Of a stretch of 32,000 nucleotides of DNA, positions 15,310 to 23,952 are shown piece by piece. This stretch comes from Candidatus Saccharimonadota bacterium (lineage in GTDB: Bacteria; Patescibacteriota; Saccharimonadia; Saccharimonadales; UBA4665). Below the pieces are notes generated by a model, which saw only the letters and a program-made list of their open reading frames with translations, did no database searches and was not told the origin of the DNA. The position numbers were made by a program, and so were the translations under genes. Each line of letters opens with the position of its first letter. Position 1 is the stretch's first letter. Where the stretch lies: positions 600,001-632,000 of the forward strand of contig CP025011.1 in assembly GCA_002952755.1 (NCBI GenBank), written 5' to 3'.

Positions 15310-17364
15310 ATGAAAAGAATCCGTTATTGGCTCCTCGCAATAGCTATGGCCGTACTGCCGTTTATATCAGTAGGACGAGCGTTAGCAGTAAGTTGTGGGG
15401 CTGGGAAAAGCATGAATGTTGTCGCACACGAAGACGACGATCTGCTCTTTCTAAATCCAGCTATTTTGCACGACATCCAAAATAACAGGTGCGTGCAAAC
15501 AGTATTTATGACAGCCGGTGATGCCGGTAGCGGGTCTAGTTATTGGGGCGGACGAGAGTCGGGAATGAAGGCAGCGTATGCGCAGATGGCCGGCGTTAGC
15601 AATGTATGGGATGATACGACACCAACTATTTTGGGCCACACCGCGCACTTGTCTACCTTGCATAATGCGCCGCAGGTATCGTTGCTGTTTCTGCGACTAC
15701 CAGACGGCGGTGAACATGATGGTATTGAGGGCTTTGCTAGTGATAACTATGAAACGATGCGTAAGCTTTGGCAGGGTACCATTGGTACGATACATGCTGT
15801 AGACGGGTCGGCTAGTTACGCACGGGAAGAACTTACCGATACATTAGCCACGCAGATGGCGCTCTATGAGCCAGGTACTATTCGTTCATTGGACTATACA
15901 GGTACCTATAGCGACTTGAGCGGAGGTGATGACGACCATTGGGATCACCACTCGAGCGCCTATTTTACACAGGTCGCCCAAGCTAAACATACCGTAGTCT
16001 CACACATGCTAACGGGGTATATGGGGTATCCAGTTGATAGCCAGAGTACGAACATTTCAGGCACAGATCTGACGAACAAGCAGAACGCGTTTTACACATA
16101 CAATGCCTATGATGGCGGTGACTGTACGAGCAGCAGCAATTGCACCGCCGTGCTGGCAGATTATTTACAAAAACAATATGCAGTGGGAACACAGTCGGGC
16201 AGTAATCGTTGGTCATATACCACTATGGAGGGTGACCCCGGTTCTTTAAGCGGCCGGAATGCTGATGTTGGCAATCAGCCGTCAACGGTTGTTTTTGGCA
16301 CCAATGTATATAGTTTCTATTACGACGCTACAGCAGGCGATTTACGCTACGCCAAATCATCTACCAGTACTACAACGCCTAGCTGGACATTCGGCATACT
16401 CGACGGTGCGGGTGGCTCAAGCGGCCGCTTGAATACCGACCTTGGGTTAACCCCTAATTCGATCGTGTTCAATGGCGTGTTGCATGTGTTCTACTACGAT
16501 CCGACTAGTGGTAACTTGCGCCATGGTTGGACATCTGACGGGGTTAATTGGTCATTTAACAACCATGATGGGGATACGGGCTCTATCGGCGGTCTGAACG
16601 CCAATCTGGGTAAAACTCCAATTGCGACAGTATACGGATCGTCTCTCCAGCTATTTTACTACGATGCGAGCAATGGTAATCTACGCCACTCATGGTCATC
16701 TGACGGTAGTGCATGGTCATTTGAGACCCTGGATGGGGACAGTGGTGCAGTGTCTGGGTATAACGCCAACGTTGGTGGGGACCCAAGCGTTACTGTTTAC
16801 GGATCGACCTTGCAGCTATTCTATTACGATTTGACACAGGGGGACCTGCGCCATGCATGGTCGGATGCGAGCGGTTGGCACTTCGAGACGCTCGATGGAA
16901 GTGGCGGTTCGAGTGGCAGGGTATCGGCGGATGTAGGCATTACTTCTACAGTAGCTGTGCAAGGTTCATATCTGAATGTTTTTTACTATGATTCATCAAA
17001 TGGAAACCTAAGGCATATGTGGACTAGCCCAACTGCCGGTTGGCAGGCCGAGAATCTTATCGGTGATGCTTCCTCAGTAGTTCGCTACAATGGTTCTATC
17101 GGCGCTATGCCGGTGGCTATAGCCAACGGCAGCGCCATGGAATTGTTCACCTATGACGCTTCGCATCAGGCTCTTATTCACCTGTGGGATGCGGGCAGCG
17201 GGTGGCAGGAAGAGTCAGTAGATGGTTTTGGCGCCGATAGCGCAGGCACGGTCGGTAGCAACGTAGGGCTCGATCCTAGTTTAGTTATTTACGGCTCGGC
17301 CTTACATGTCATTTACTACGATGCAGGTCAGGGTAATCTGCGTTATGCGCAACTCAGTATCTAG
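15310..17364 (+). CDS. Secreted PIG-L/LmbE-family deacetylase fused to a seven-blade lectin-like beta-propeller
   Basis: AGGGGG lies 4 nt before the ATG. The signal peptide is MKRIRYWLLAIAMAVLPFISVGRALA|V. PIG-L motifs are VVAHEDDDLLF (AHxDD) and DDDHWDHH (HxDH). The C-terminal half consists of seven ~54-aa tandem repeats. Confidence 0.85.
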   Translation: MKRIRYWLLAIAMAVLPFISVGRALAVSCGAGKSMNVVAHEDDDLLFLNPAILHDIQNNRCVQTVFMTAGDAGSGSSYWGGRESGMKAAYAQMAGVSNVWDDTTPTILGHTAHLSTLHNAPQVSLLFLRLPDGGEHDGIEGFASDNYETMRKLWQGTIGTIHAVDGSASYAREELTDTLATQMALYEPGTIRSLDYTGTYSDLSGGDDDHWDHHSSAYFTQVAQAKHTVVSHMLTGYMGYPVDSQSTNISGTDLTNKQNAFYTYNAYDGGDCTSSSNCTAVLADYLQKQYAVGTQSGSNRWSYTTMEGDPGSLSGRNADVGNQPSTVVFGTNVYSFYYDATAGDLRYAKSSTSTTTPSWTFGILDGAGGSSGRLNTDLGLTPNSIVFNGVLHVFYYDPTSGNLRHGWTSDGVNWSFNNHDGDTGSIGGLNANLGKTPIATVYGSSLQLFYYDASNGNLRHSWSSDGSAWSFETLDGDSGAVSGYNANVGGDPSVTVYGSTLQLFYYDLTQGDLRHAWSDASGWHFETLDGSGGSSGRVSADVGITSTVAVQGSYLNVFYYDSSNGNLRHMWTSPTAGWQAENLIGDASSVVRYNGSIGAMPVAIANGSAMELFTYDASHQALIHLWDAGSGWQEESVDGFGADSAGTVGSNVGLDPSLVIYGSALHVIYYDAGQGNLRYAQLSI
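16210..17361 (+). repeat. Seven tandem ~54-aa protein repeats (beta-propeller blades)
   Basis: Each unit reads W-x-F/A-E-x-L-D-G-x-x-G-x-x-G-x-x-x-A-x-V-G-x-x-P-S-x-x-V-Y-G-x-x-L-x-h-F-Y-Y-D-x-x-x-G-N/D-L-R-H/Y-x-W. Examples are WSFETLDGDSGAVSGYNANVGGDPSVTVYGSTLQLFYYDLTQGDLRHAWSDASG and WHFETLDGSGGSSGRVSADVGITSTVAVQGSYLNVFYYDSSNGNLRHMWTSPTAG. Confidence 0.85.
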
Positions 17365-17444
17365 GTGGCACGGGGTTTGATTCACTTTACGTAGGCGATA
17401 CTCAAGAACCGAACTGGCGGGCTAAGCCATCCCACCTCGCAATT

Positions 17445-18326
17445 TTACCCGCGAGTACTTTCTTCGCACTGTCGGGTATCAGCTGCTCTGGAAGTGAGCG
17501 ACGCCAAAGACAGTACCAGTAATATACTGGCCGCTACAAAAGCCATTGTGATGCGGTGCGTCAATAATGCATTTCCGCTCAGAGAAGGAGCATTCGCGCC
17601 TGAGAACACAGCTATAAGAATAGCGAGCCCGAGCGTTGCGCCTAGCTGCATTGCAACATACGTAATGCCTGACGCTGCTCCAACGTCCTTCGCGTCAACG
17701 CCTGCTAAGCCCTCTGTTGTGATCGGACCCTGAGACAAGCCTAAACCTACTCCTAGTAGAAGAAGTGGTAGTGCGAAATGCCATAGGTACGAACTTTGCG
17801 GAGTAATCCGGCTTAGGAGTAGCATGCCCACAATCGTAATAGTAAAAACTGTCGAGATGAGACGTGAGTTGCCGATGCGACGCACTAGTCGCGGTATATA
17901 CAGCGCCGACCAGAAGTTAGCCAAAGTCATCGGCAAAAATGCGAAGCCGGCCAAGATCCGACTGAAGCCTTTGACTATGTGTAAGTACTGACTAGCAAAG
18001 AACCAGAAGCCAATGATAACTCCTATATAAAGCGTACGGCTTACATAGGAAGCGGTACGCTTGGGGCTTGCAAATAGCCGAAGGGGTAAGATAGGCTGTT
18101 TGGCTTGGCGCTCGCCGAGAACGAACAATCCCAATAATCCTAGGCCAGCCACTAACAGAGCTATAGTGGCAGCATTACCCCAACCCGTATCAGCAGCGTG
18201 GACTATACCATAAATAACCGAAAACATTCCCAGAATTGACACTGTGGCACCAGTAACGTCCGTAATGCTGCTGTGCTGCCTGTTCTCAATGCCATTATCG
18301 GGAAAATAGATCTGATGAGACAGTAC
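17445..18326 (-). pseudogene. 5'-truncated MFS (DHA2/EmrB-type) transporter paralog; only the C-terminal half is present
   Basis: The ORF-track product (GTG at 18242) corresponds to the region after TM6 of the adjacent intact MFS. ITDVTGATVSILGMFSVIYGIVHAADTGW matches LDFIGIVLMTAGIFGIAWGFIRSSTLGW. The homologous frame stays open upstream to 18326 and then hits a stop at 18327-18329. No N-terminal six-TM half exists. Confidence 0.55.
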
Positions 18327-18471
18327 CTAGATACCGGAAGCGTATAGGCGCAGGTTTTTTGCTTTCCACTTAATGATCTTGGATAGCAGCAAGACCGTAT
18401 CAACAGTCGCCAATACAAAACGCTGCCCGATCAGTGAATTGCTGAATGGCATACTAAATATTCTGCCTAGT

Positions 18472-19848
18472 CTACAATGGCTTATGAATGTGTTTTGGTA
18501 AGAGCAGACCGGCTAATGCGCCAACTAGCGACAATCCCGCGCTGGCACCGATTGCGGCCGCGAAGCCATTACTAAATAATTGCGGCGATCCATATGAACC
18601 TACTCGGGCAAATATTGCAACTGCTACCGCAACACCAAATACTCCTCCGAGTTGCCGAAGCATGTTATACACTCCTGATGCTTGCCCAACTTGGAGTGGT
18701 TCCACGGCACTCACTACAGCATGCTGTGAAGCTGGTATAGCCATGGATGCGCCTGCTCCAGCAATAATCAGCGGTATAATAAGCATGGAATAACTAGGGT
18801 GAGATGTAGCTAAGAGAGCAATCGAGCTCATACCAATTGTCTGCATAGTGAGTCCAGCCACCAAAAGGAGCCGTTCTCCGACACGATTGACGAGCGACCC
18901 GGTGATGGGCCCGATAAAAAACAGCGTTGCTGTCCATGGGAGTAAACGGAGCCCCGTGCCAAGTGGATCATAGTGTTCTGCCGTCTGCAAAAATTGCGCT
19001 ATAAAGAAAAGCGCACCAAACATTGAACTATACAGAAAGAAGTTTGCGGTATTGCCGGCTGAAAAGGCTCGCAATCGGAATAACCGCATCTGCAGCATTG
19101 GCCGCGCCACATGCCGTTCCCATAATACAAATACCATAAGAGTTAGTAGTCCAGCAATCAGTGCGCCAGTAATTTCAACATTGCCCCATCCTAAGGTACT
19201 ACTACGAATAAACCCCCAAGCAATGCCAAAGATACCGGCAGTCATGAGTACTATACCAATGAAGTCGAGGTGAAGTTCGGTTTTTTCACTCTCATGAAGC
19301 TTCGTGAGGATAAGTGGGATTATGATAAGCCCAACAGGTACATTAATCCAAAAGATCCATTGCCAAGATATACCCTGTACGATTGCTCCACCTACGACTG
19401 GTCCGCTTAAGATCGCAAGACCGGTAATGCTTGCAAAAAGCCCAAGCGCCTTGGCGCGCTGTTCCTTAGGGAAGGCTGAGCTCAATAATGCCAACGCAAG
19501 GGGCATGACAAAAGCCGCGCCAACTCCTTGGACAACACGTGCTGCAATGAGTGCACTAGTGTCCGAGGCTAGAGCACAAGCCATAGAGGCAAAGGTAAAT
19601 AGAGCGAGGCCGGAAGCAAACATACGTCGCCTTCCAAACCGTTCACCCAATGCAGAGCCAAGCATGATTAATACTGCGAAACTCAAAGTATATGCCGTAA
19701 TCATCCAGCCTAGTGCTGCTACCGACGCTCCTAATTTAAGCCGGATTGCACTAAGAGCTGTCGTTACTACGAGCGCATCCAGGGCTACCATAAAAGAGGC
19801 TACGCCCGTAAGGAATAACGTCCAGTTTTTGAGTCGTTTTTCGTCCAT
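18472..19848 (-). CDS. MFS transporter, DHA2 (14-TM drug:H+ antiporter) type
   Basis: 458 aa and highly hydrophobic. It has MFS motif A-like GSALGERFGRRRM and motif C-like GLFASITGLAILSGPVVGG. Confidence 0.85.
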   Translation of the reverse strand: MDEKRLKNWTLFLTGVASFMVALDALVVTTALSAIRLKLGASVAALGWMITAYTLSFAVLIMLGSALGERFGRRRMFASGLALFTFASMACALASDTSALIAARVVQGVGAAFVMPLALALLSSAFPKEQRAKALGLFASITGLAILSGPVVGGAIVQGISWQWIFWINVPVGLIIIPLILTKLHESEKTELHLDFIGIVLMTAGIFGIAWGFIRSSTLGWGNVEITGALIAGLLTLMVFVLWERHVARPMLQMRLFRLRAFSAGNTANFFLYSSMFGALFFIAQFLQTAEHYDPLGTGLRLLPWTATLFFIGPITGSLVNRVGERLLLVAGLTMQTIGMSSIALLATSHPSYSMLIIPLIIAGAGASMAIPASQHAVVSAVEPLQVGQASGVYNMLRQLGGVFGVAVAVAIFARVGSYGSPQLFSNGFAAAIGASAGLSLVGALAGLLLPKHIHKPL

Positions 19849-19939
19849 ACATTCTCGTTTCTTTGTATTTGTGAATAGCTAGTCGGCATGGAATGTGGTC
19901 AAGCCGTTAAGCAGTAGGCCCCAAGCACCCACATGGAGC

Positions 19940-19979
19940 CCCTAGACACCTGACTAGCACAGGGCAGGGGTGTCTAGGG
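19940..19979 (-). terminator. Perfect 11-bp inverted repeat (hairpin) just downstream of the MBL hydrolase gene
   Basis: ccctagacacc (19940-19950) pairs with ggtgtctaggg (19969-19979) around an 18-nt loop. There is no U-tract, so an intrinsic terminator call is weak and it could be a regulatory or RNA-stability hairpin instead. Confidence 0.25.
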
Positions 19980-19991
19980 AGAGCGAAGGGC

Positions 19992-20903
19992 TTACAGGTT
20001 TTGATCGTCAATCGGGCGCCAGACCGGGTGTCCCTCGTCGGTTTCAACGCGACCGAATACCATGTCAGGGAAGTGGTCGCCGTACCCGATCACATTAGGG
20101 TCAGACAATCTTTCTATAACGGTACTATGCAAGCCTGTGGACTGCGCGCGGTCGTAGTCAACCTTGGCAACCCATTCCGGATGGTCGATCTGAGCTGGGG
20201 AGTGGAAGGTATCACCAAAAGCAACGATCCGTTTTCCGCCGGCACTGATTATGTAGGTAGTATGTCCGACGCTGTGGCCTGGGGTAAACTTGACGCGGAC
20301 GCCAGGGAAGATCTCCTCGTCATCGCCTACAGTCTGCACCTGAGGCTCCATAGCTTTGAGCATATCGCTACTCACACCCGTTGCTTCGGCCAGGTGACGC
20401 TGGGTCCACTCGGGTTCGGCGACAAGGTATTTAGCGCCTGCGAACGCTGGTCGATCGCCGCCCGGGGCAGGCTGCCAAGCCCATCCGATATGGTCGATAT
20501 GTAGATGAGTGAAAGCAACCGCCTCAATATCCGCGGGATTACGGCCGAGTTCGGCAAGGCCTTCTAGTAGCTTACCACCATCCAGACTGATGCGGTATGG
20601 GTTCTGGGACGCATCCATGGCCATCGGGCCAACACCAGCGTCGATGAGTAAAGCGCGACCATCTCGTTCTACCAAGAGCGCTCCGACACTGCCTACTAGA
20701 CGTCCAGCGTCGTCAAGGTACTCAGGATGCTCCGCCCAATCTTTATCGGTAGTGTCTAGCCAGATCTTGGGGTCAAATGTCACCTTGCCATCTGGTACGA
20801 AGCTAATCTTCGTAACCTTACCATCCGTGTCCTTGAACGTTAAGGACCGCATACCCGATGGTCGTGTGAGCCGTTTATTTAGGTCTGTTGTATGGTGCGT
20901 CAT
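19992..20903 (-). CDS. MBL-fold metallo-hydrolase (lactonase-like)
   Basis: It has HLHIDHIGW (the HxHxDH zinc motif) and a later GHSVGHT. I chose the ATG at 20903 (MTHHTTD..) because GGAGGA lies 6 nt upstream; the ORF-track start at 20930 lacks an SD. Confidence 0.85.
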   Translation of the reverse strand: MTHHTTDLNKRLTRPSGMRSLTFKDTDGKVTKISFVPDGKVTFDPKIWLDTTDKDWAEHPEYLDDAGRLVGSVGALLVERDGRALLIDAGVGPMAMDASQNPYRISLDGGKLLEGLAELGRNPADIEAVAFTHLHIDHIGWAWQPAPGGDRPAFAGAKYLVAEPEWTQRHLAEATGVSSDMLKAMEPQVQTVGDDEEIFPGVRVKFTPGHSVGHTTYIISAGGKRIVAFGDTFHSPAQIDHPEWVAKVDYDRAQSTGLHSTVIERLSDPNVIGYGDHFPDMVFGRVETDEGHPVWRPIDDQNL

Positions 20904-20938
20904 GAATGTTCCTCCAATCTTATTTGTCATTTACGTAG

Positions 20939-20983
20939 GTAGATTATCATAATCTACTATCATTATGATAGTAGATCTACTAT
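20939..20983. promoter_or_regulatory. Nested palindromic operator array in the MBL / HxlR-3 divergent promoter region
   Basis: There are three overlapping perfect palindromes: gtagattat-c-ataatctac (20939-20957), atctactatcat-t-atgatagtagat (20952-20976) and atagtagatctactat (20968-20983). The half-site ATCTACTAT/ATAGTAGAT recurs. A TATAAT box sits at 20981-20986. Confidence 0.7.
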
Positions 20984-20992
20984 AATGAATAT

Positions 20993-21430
20993 ATGAACTT
21001 ACATGAACTACGATCCGATTGTCCAATAAACTATGTCAGTGAGCTCCTCGGAGATAAGTGGAGTTTTCTTATCATGCGTGACATCATTTTCCTGCATAAG
21101 AGTTCCTATGGTAGCTTTCTTAGTTCAAAAGAAAAGATCGCTCCTAGCATTTTGGCTCGCCGCCTTGCTTCACTCCAAGACAGCGGTTTCTTAAGAAAGC
21201 AACGAGATCCCGAGAATAAAGCGAAATACATATATACCCCGACAGATCAAACAATCGGCCTCATCCCTCTTCTCGTCGACATGATGTTGTGGAGTGAGCA
21301 ATATGCTCCTTCTCTACCTATATCTGAAGAGCGCCAAGCAGACTTACAAAAAATCCATTACAATAAAGAGGCCTTTATCCACGAAACACGAGAACGTATC
21401 CTAGCTCATGTAACATCAGACAAAATATAA
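20993..21430 (+). CDS. HxlR (DUF24) family transcriptional regulator, paralog 3
   Basis: SDCPINYVSELLGDKWSFLIMRDIIF...YGSFLSS..IAPSILARRLASLQDSGFL...YIYTPT. Confidence 0.85.
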   Translation: MNLHELRSDCPINYVSELLGDKWSFLIMRDIIFLHKSSYGSFLSSKEKIAPSILARRLASLQDSGFLRKQRDPENKAKYIYTPTDQTIGLIPLLVDMMLWSEQYAPSLPISEERQADLQKIHYNKEAFIHETRERILAHVTSDKI

Positions 21431-21532
21431 AGACAAAGATCTTATGGCCGTTAATCCGTATTATCTTCATTACCCCGGCCATAAGAAAGTGCAATCAACG
21501 CCGGCAATTGATAAGTGGGTTTATCACCGTAC

Positions 21533-22888
21533 ATGACAAAACAGCAGCGCCGTACTCTCATTATCAGCATTCTTGCATCTGCGATCGCTTTTCTTGACGT
21601 TTCAATAATCAATGTAGCATTACCAGCAATCAGTGGAGAATTTCACGGCGGCCTGCCATTGCAACAATGGGTGGTAGACACGTATCTTATTACGCTCGGA
21701 TCTCTCATGCTTCTTGCCGGCTCGCTATCTGATCAATATGGCCGTAAAAAGATCTTGAATATTGGGCTAATCGGTTTCGGCGTCGCCTCATTCATGTGCG
21801 CCTTTGCACCAAATGGCGTATCGCTTATTCTGGCGAGAGGGCTGCAAGGAATGGCTGGCGCTCTCTTGGTACCCAGTTCTCTTGCACTTATCATGTCGAA
21901 ATTCACTGGCGCGGCCGTTGGCAAAGCGATTGGGATATGGACCGGTTGGACTATGGTTGCATCAGTGGTTGGGCCTCTTCTTGGTGGGTTCCTTATTGAT
22001 ACTGTCTCGTGGAGGCTCATCTTTGCTATTAACGTTCTCCCCATACTCATAACCTTACTGTTGATGCGTAAGCTCGCGGCTTCAGATGCCCATCAAAGAA
22101 CTCAGCCTGATGTAAAGGGGGCTCTTTTAAGTATTATTAGCCTGAGCGCACCTGTGTATGCCCTGATTGAAAGAGCGCATTACGGATGGACTAACCCGCT
22201 CATTATTAGCACGCTTGTCGGGGGCTTCATTGCCGTCTCTTTATTTATCAATCACGAGAAACAGGCTGAGCACCCTATGGTACCACTAGACCTTTTTAAA
22301 AACCGAAACTTCGCTATAGGGAATATTGCCACAGCTACCGTCTTCACAAGCATGTCAATATTCATCTTTTTATTACCAATCTACTTGCAACAAATTGCTG
22401 GCTATAGCGCTTTCTCGGCGGGCCTGGTACTTCTTCCAGTAACTATTATCATGTTTTTATTGGCCCCCATCTTCGGAAAGTTAACCGGCAAAAAGGGAGC
22501 CCATTTATTTATAACTATCGGCCCCCTACTAGCCAGCTGCGGATTCTTGTCGATACTTCGTATCACTACGCATCCCCAGTACTGGATTCAGATCTTTCCG
22601 GGGATTATTATACTTGGTGTTGGGCTGTCGATGACGGTTGCCCCTCTTACGACTGCTATCTTGGGGGCTATTCATACGGAACAGTCTGGCATTGCTTCAG
22701 CCATCAACAACACCATCTCGCGTATCGCCGGTCTTTTGGGTGTCGCCATGATCGGGACAGTAACAGGGTTTCAGGTCACCCTTGATGGCTTCCACCGCGG
22801 ACTGTTTGTAGTTGCTATGTTAGTTTTCGCAGGGGCTATTATCGCAGGATTTGGCATTCAAGATATAAAACCCATGGACAAGCCGTGA
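21533..22888 (+). CDS. MFS transporter, DHA2 type
   Basis: MTKQQRRTLIISILASAIAFLDVSIINVALP... has the typical DHA2 N-terminus and motif A-like GSLSDQYGRKKI. I prefer the ATG at 21533 to the GTG at 21515. Confidence 0.85.
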   Translation: MTKQQRRTLIISILASAIAFLDVSIINVALPAISGEFHGGLPLQQWVVDTYLITLGSLMLLAGSLSDQYGRKKILNIGLIGFGVASFMCAFAPNGVSLILARGLQGMAGALLVPSSLALIMSKFTGAAVGKAIGIWTGWTMVASVVGPLLGGFLIDTVSWRLIFAINVLPILITLLLMRKLAASDAHQRTQPDVKGALLSIISLSAPVYALIERAHYGWTNPLIISTLVGGFIAVSLFINHEKQAEHPMVPLDLFKNRNFAIGNIATATVFTSMSIFIFLLPIYLQQIAGYSAFSAGLVLLPVTIIMFLLAPIFGKLTGKKGAHLFITIGPLLASCGFLSILRITTHPQYWIQIFPGIIILGVGLSMTVAPLTTAILGAIHTEQSGIASAINNTISRIAGLLGVAMIGTVTGFQVTLDGFHRGLFVVAMLVFAGAIIAGFGIQDIKPMDKP

Positions 22889-23026
22889 GACTTACGTGTG
22901 CTATTCGCCGACAAAATTCTGATAGAGATATGTCGATTCAGCCGCATGACGTACTTTTCTGTATATTTTCAAGGGGTATCCAGTTTTCTCAGAGGCCGTA
23001 CGATCCCATTATTGATAAACGCTGAT

Positions 23027-23134
23027 GAGACATTTCCCATCAAGCCGGCTGTCGCACTTAAAGACCTAGAGAGGATCGACATTCGTGTCGGCACAATTGA
23101 AAGAGTTGGCACGAGCACAACTGTCAGGACTTAG
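23027..23134 (+). pseudogene. Remnant of a CsaA/tRNA-binding-domain gene (first ~25 residues only)
   Basis: ..PIKPAVALKDLERIDIRVGTIERV.. parallels the N-terminus of B. subtilis CsaA (..IDDFEKLDIRTGTIVKAE..). The frame stops after GTSTTVRT, and the rest of the ~110-aa OB-fold domain is absent. Confidence 0.4.
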
Positions 23135-23221
23135 TTGCCCTTGGTCTGCGGTTTGATTGGGCAGAAGTAGCGTTACAATCGTTACGCCGGCGAGAGCACA
23201 AAGATAGAGTGTATCCTTATC

Positions 23222-23887
23222 TCATGTATCCCTGCGGGTAGTACGCAACACATGAATGGCTAAGGCAGTAAGGTAACTCCAAACACAAAATGCAGCAATG
23301 CGCTGGTATAAGCCGCCGTAGGCAACAAATTTCGGCGCTTGGTTAAAAGCTAGTGCGGATAGCGCGAACGATGTAGTTAACATGACGCCGTTTATCACCG
23401 AATAGACTGCCCACTTGCGATGCTCCTGCCTCTTAAACCATCGGCTGAATATGAAACAGCAGGCGATTATCATGCCAACAAAAGCAGGCAGCGCAAAGCT
23501 ATCATGGATGCTGCCGTGCAAGGTATGTGTTAGTGGTATGTTGGGTGTACCTTTCGGATATCCACTAGCCGGATCGGTAGTACATATGCCATCAACGATG
23601 AGCATGATCGCCCAATAGCCTACCAAGAGTGGCCCCCACGTTGTTCCTTTCGGCGTGCCTTTTCGTATAATGCGCCAGAGGCCAATAGCGAACGCCATGC
23701 TCAAGACGCCAGTTATTAGGAATGTTAGGGTCTGCACCCAGCCGTAAGGGCCGAGGGCAAGCGAACTGCCCGGATGTCTCAGCCAGTTATAATCCGGCTT
23801 AAGTGCACCATGAATAAGTAGAGACGTCATAAATAATGGGCCGGCAAGTAGACCGCACCAGAGTAGGTACTTGTTATGTATTTTCAT
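23222..23887 (-). CDS. DUF998-family integral membrane protein
   Basis: There are six predicted TM segments. GPLFMTSLLIHGALKPDYNWLRHPGSSLALGPYGWVQTLTFLITGVLSMAFAIGL matches the pattern I associate with DUF998. I prefer the ATG at 23887 (MKIHNKY..). Confidence 0.6.
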   Translation of the reverse strand: MKIHNKYLLWCGLLAGPLFMTSLLIHGALKPDYNWLRHPGSSLALGPYGWVQTLTFLITGVLSMAFAIGLWRIIRKGTPKGTTWGPLLVGYWAIMLIVDGICTTDPASGYPKGTPNIPLTHTLHGSIHDSFALPAFVGMIIACCFIFSRWFKRQEHRKWAVYSVINGVMLTTSFALSALAFNQAPKFVAYGGLYQRIAAFCVWSYLTALAIHVLRTTRRDT

Positions 23888-23922
23888 GAGCTTATTTATA
23901 GCAGTAATCGTGATATAGTGCA

Positions 23923-23946
23923 ATTTTATCAGCATGCTGATAAAAT
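23923..23946. promoter_or_regulatory. 24-bp perfect palindrome, likely the MarR operator
   Basis: attttatcagcatgctgataaaat is its own reverse complement. It lies 7 nt upstream of the MarR ATG (23953) in the divergent intergenic region with the DUF998 gene. Confidence 0.7.
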
Positions 23947-23952
23947 ATAGAG

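Noticed and set aside
18203-18418. A 71-aa minus-strand ORF between the two MFS genes.
   Set aside because: It is out of frame with the MFS remnant, is not hydrophobic and has no SD. The region is better explained as the decayed 5' part of the truncated transporter.
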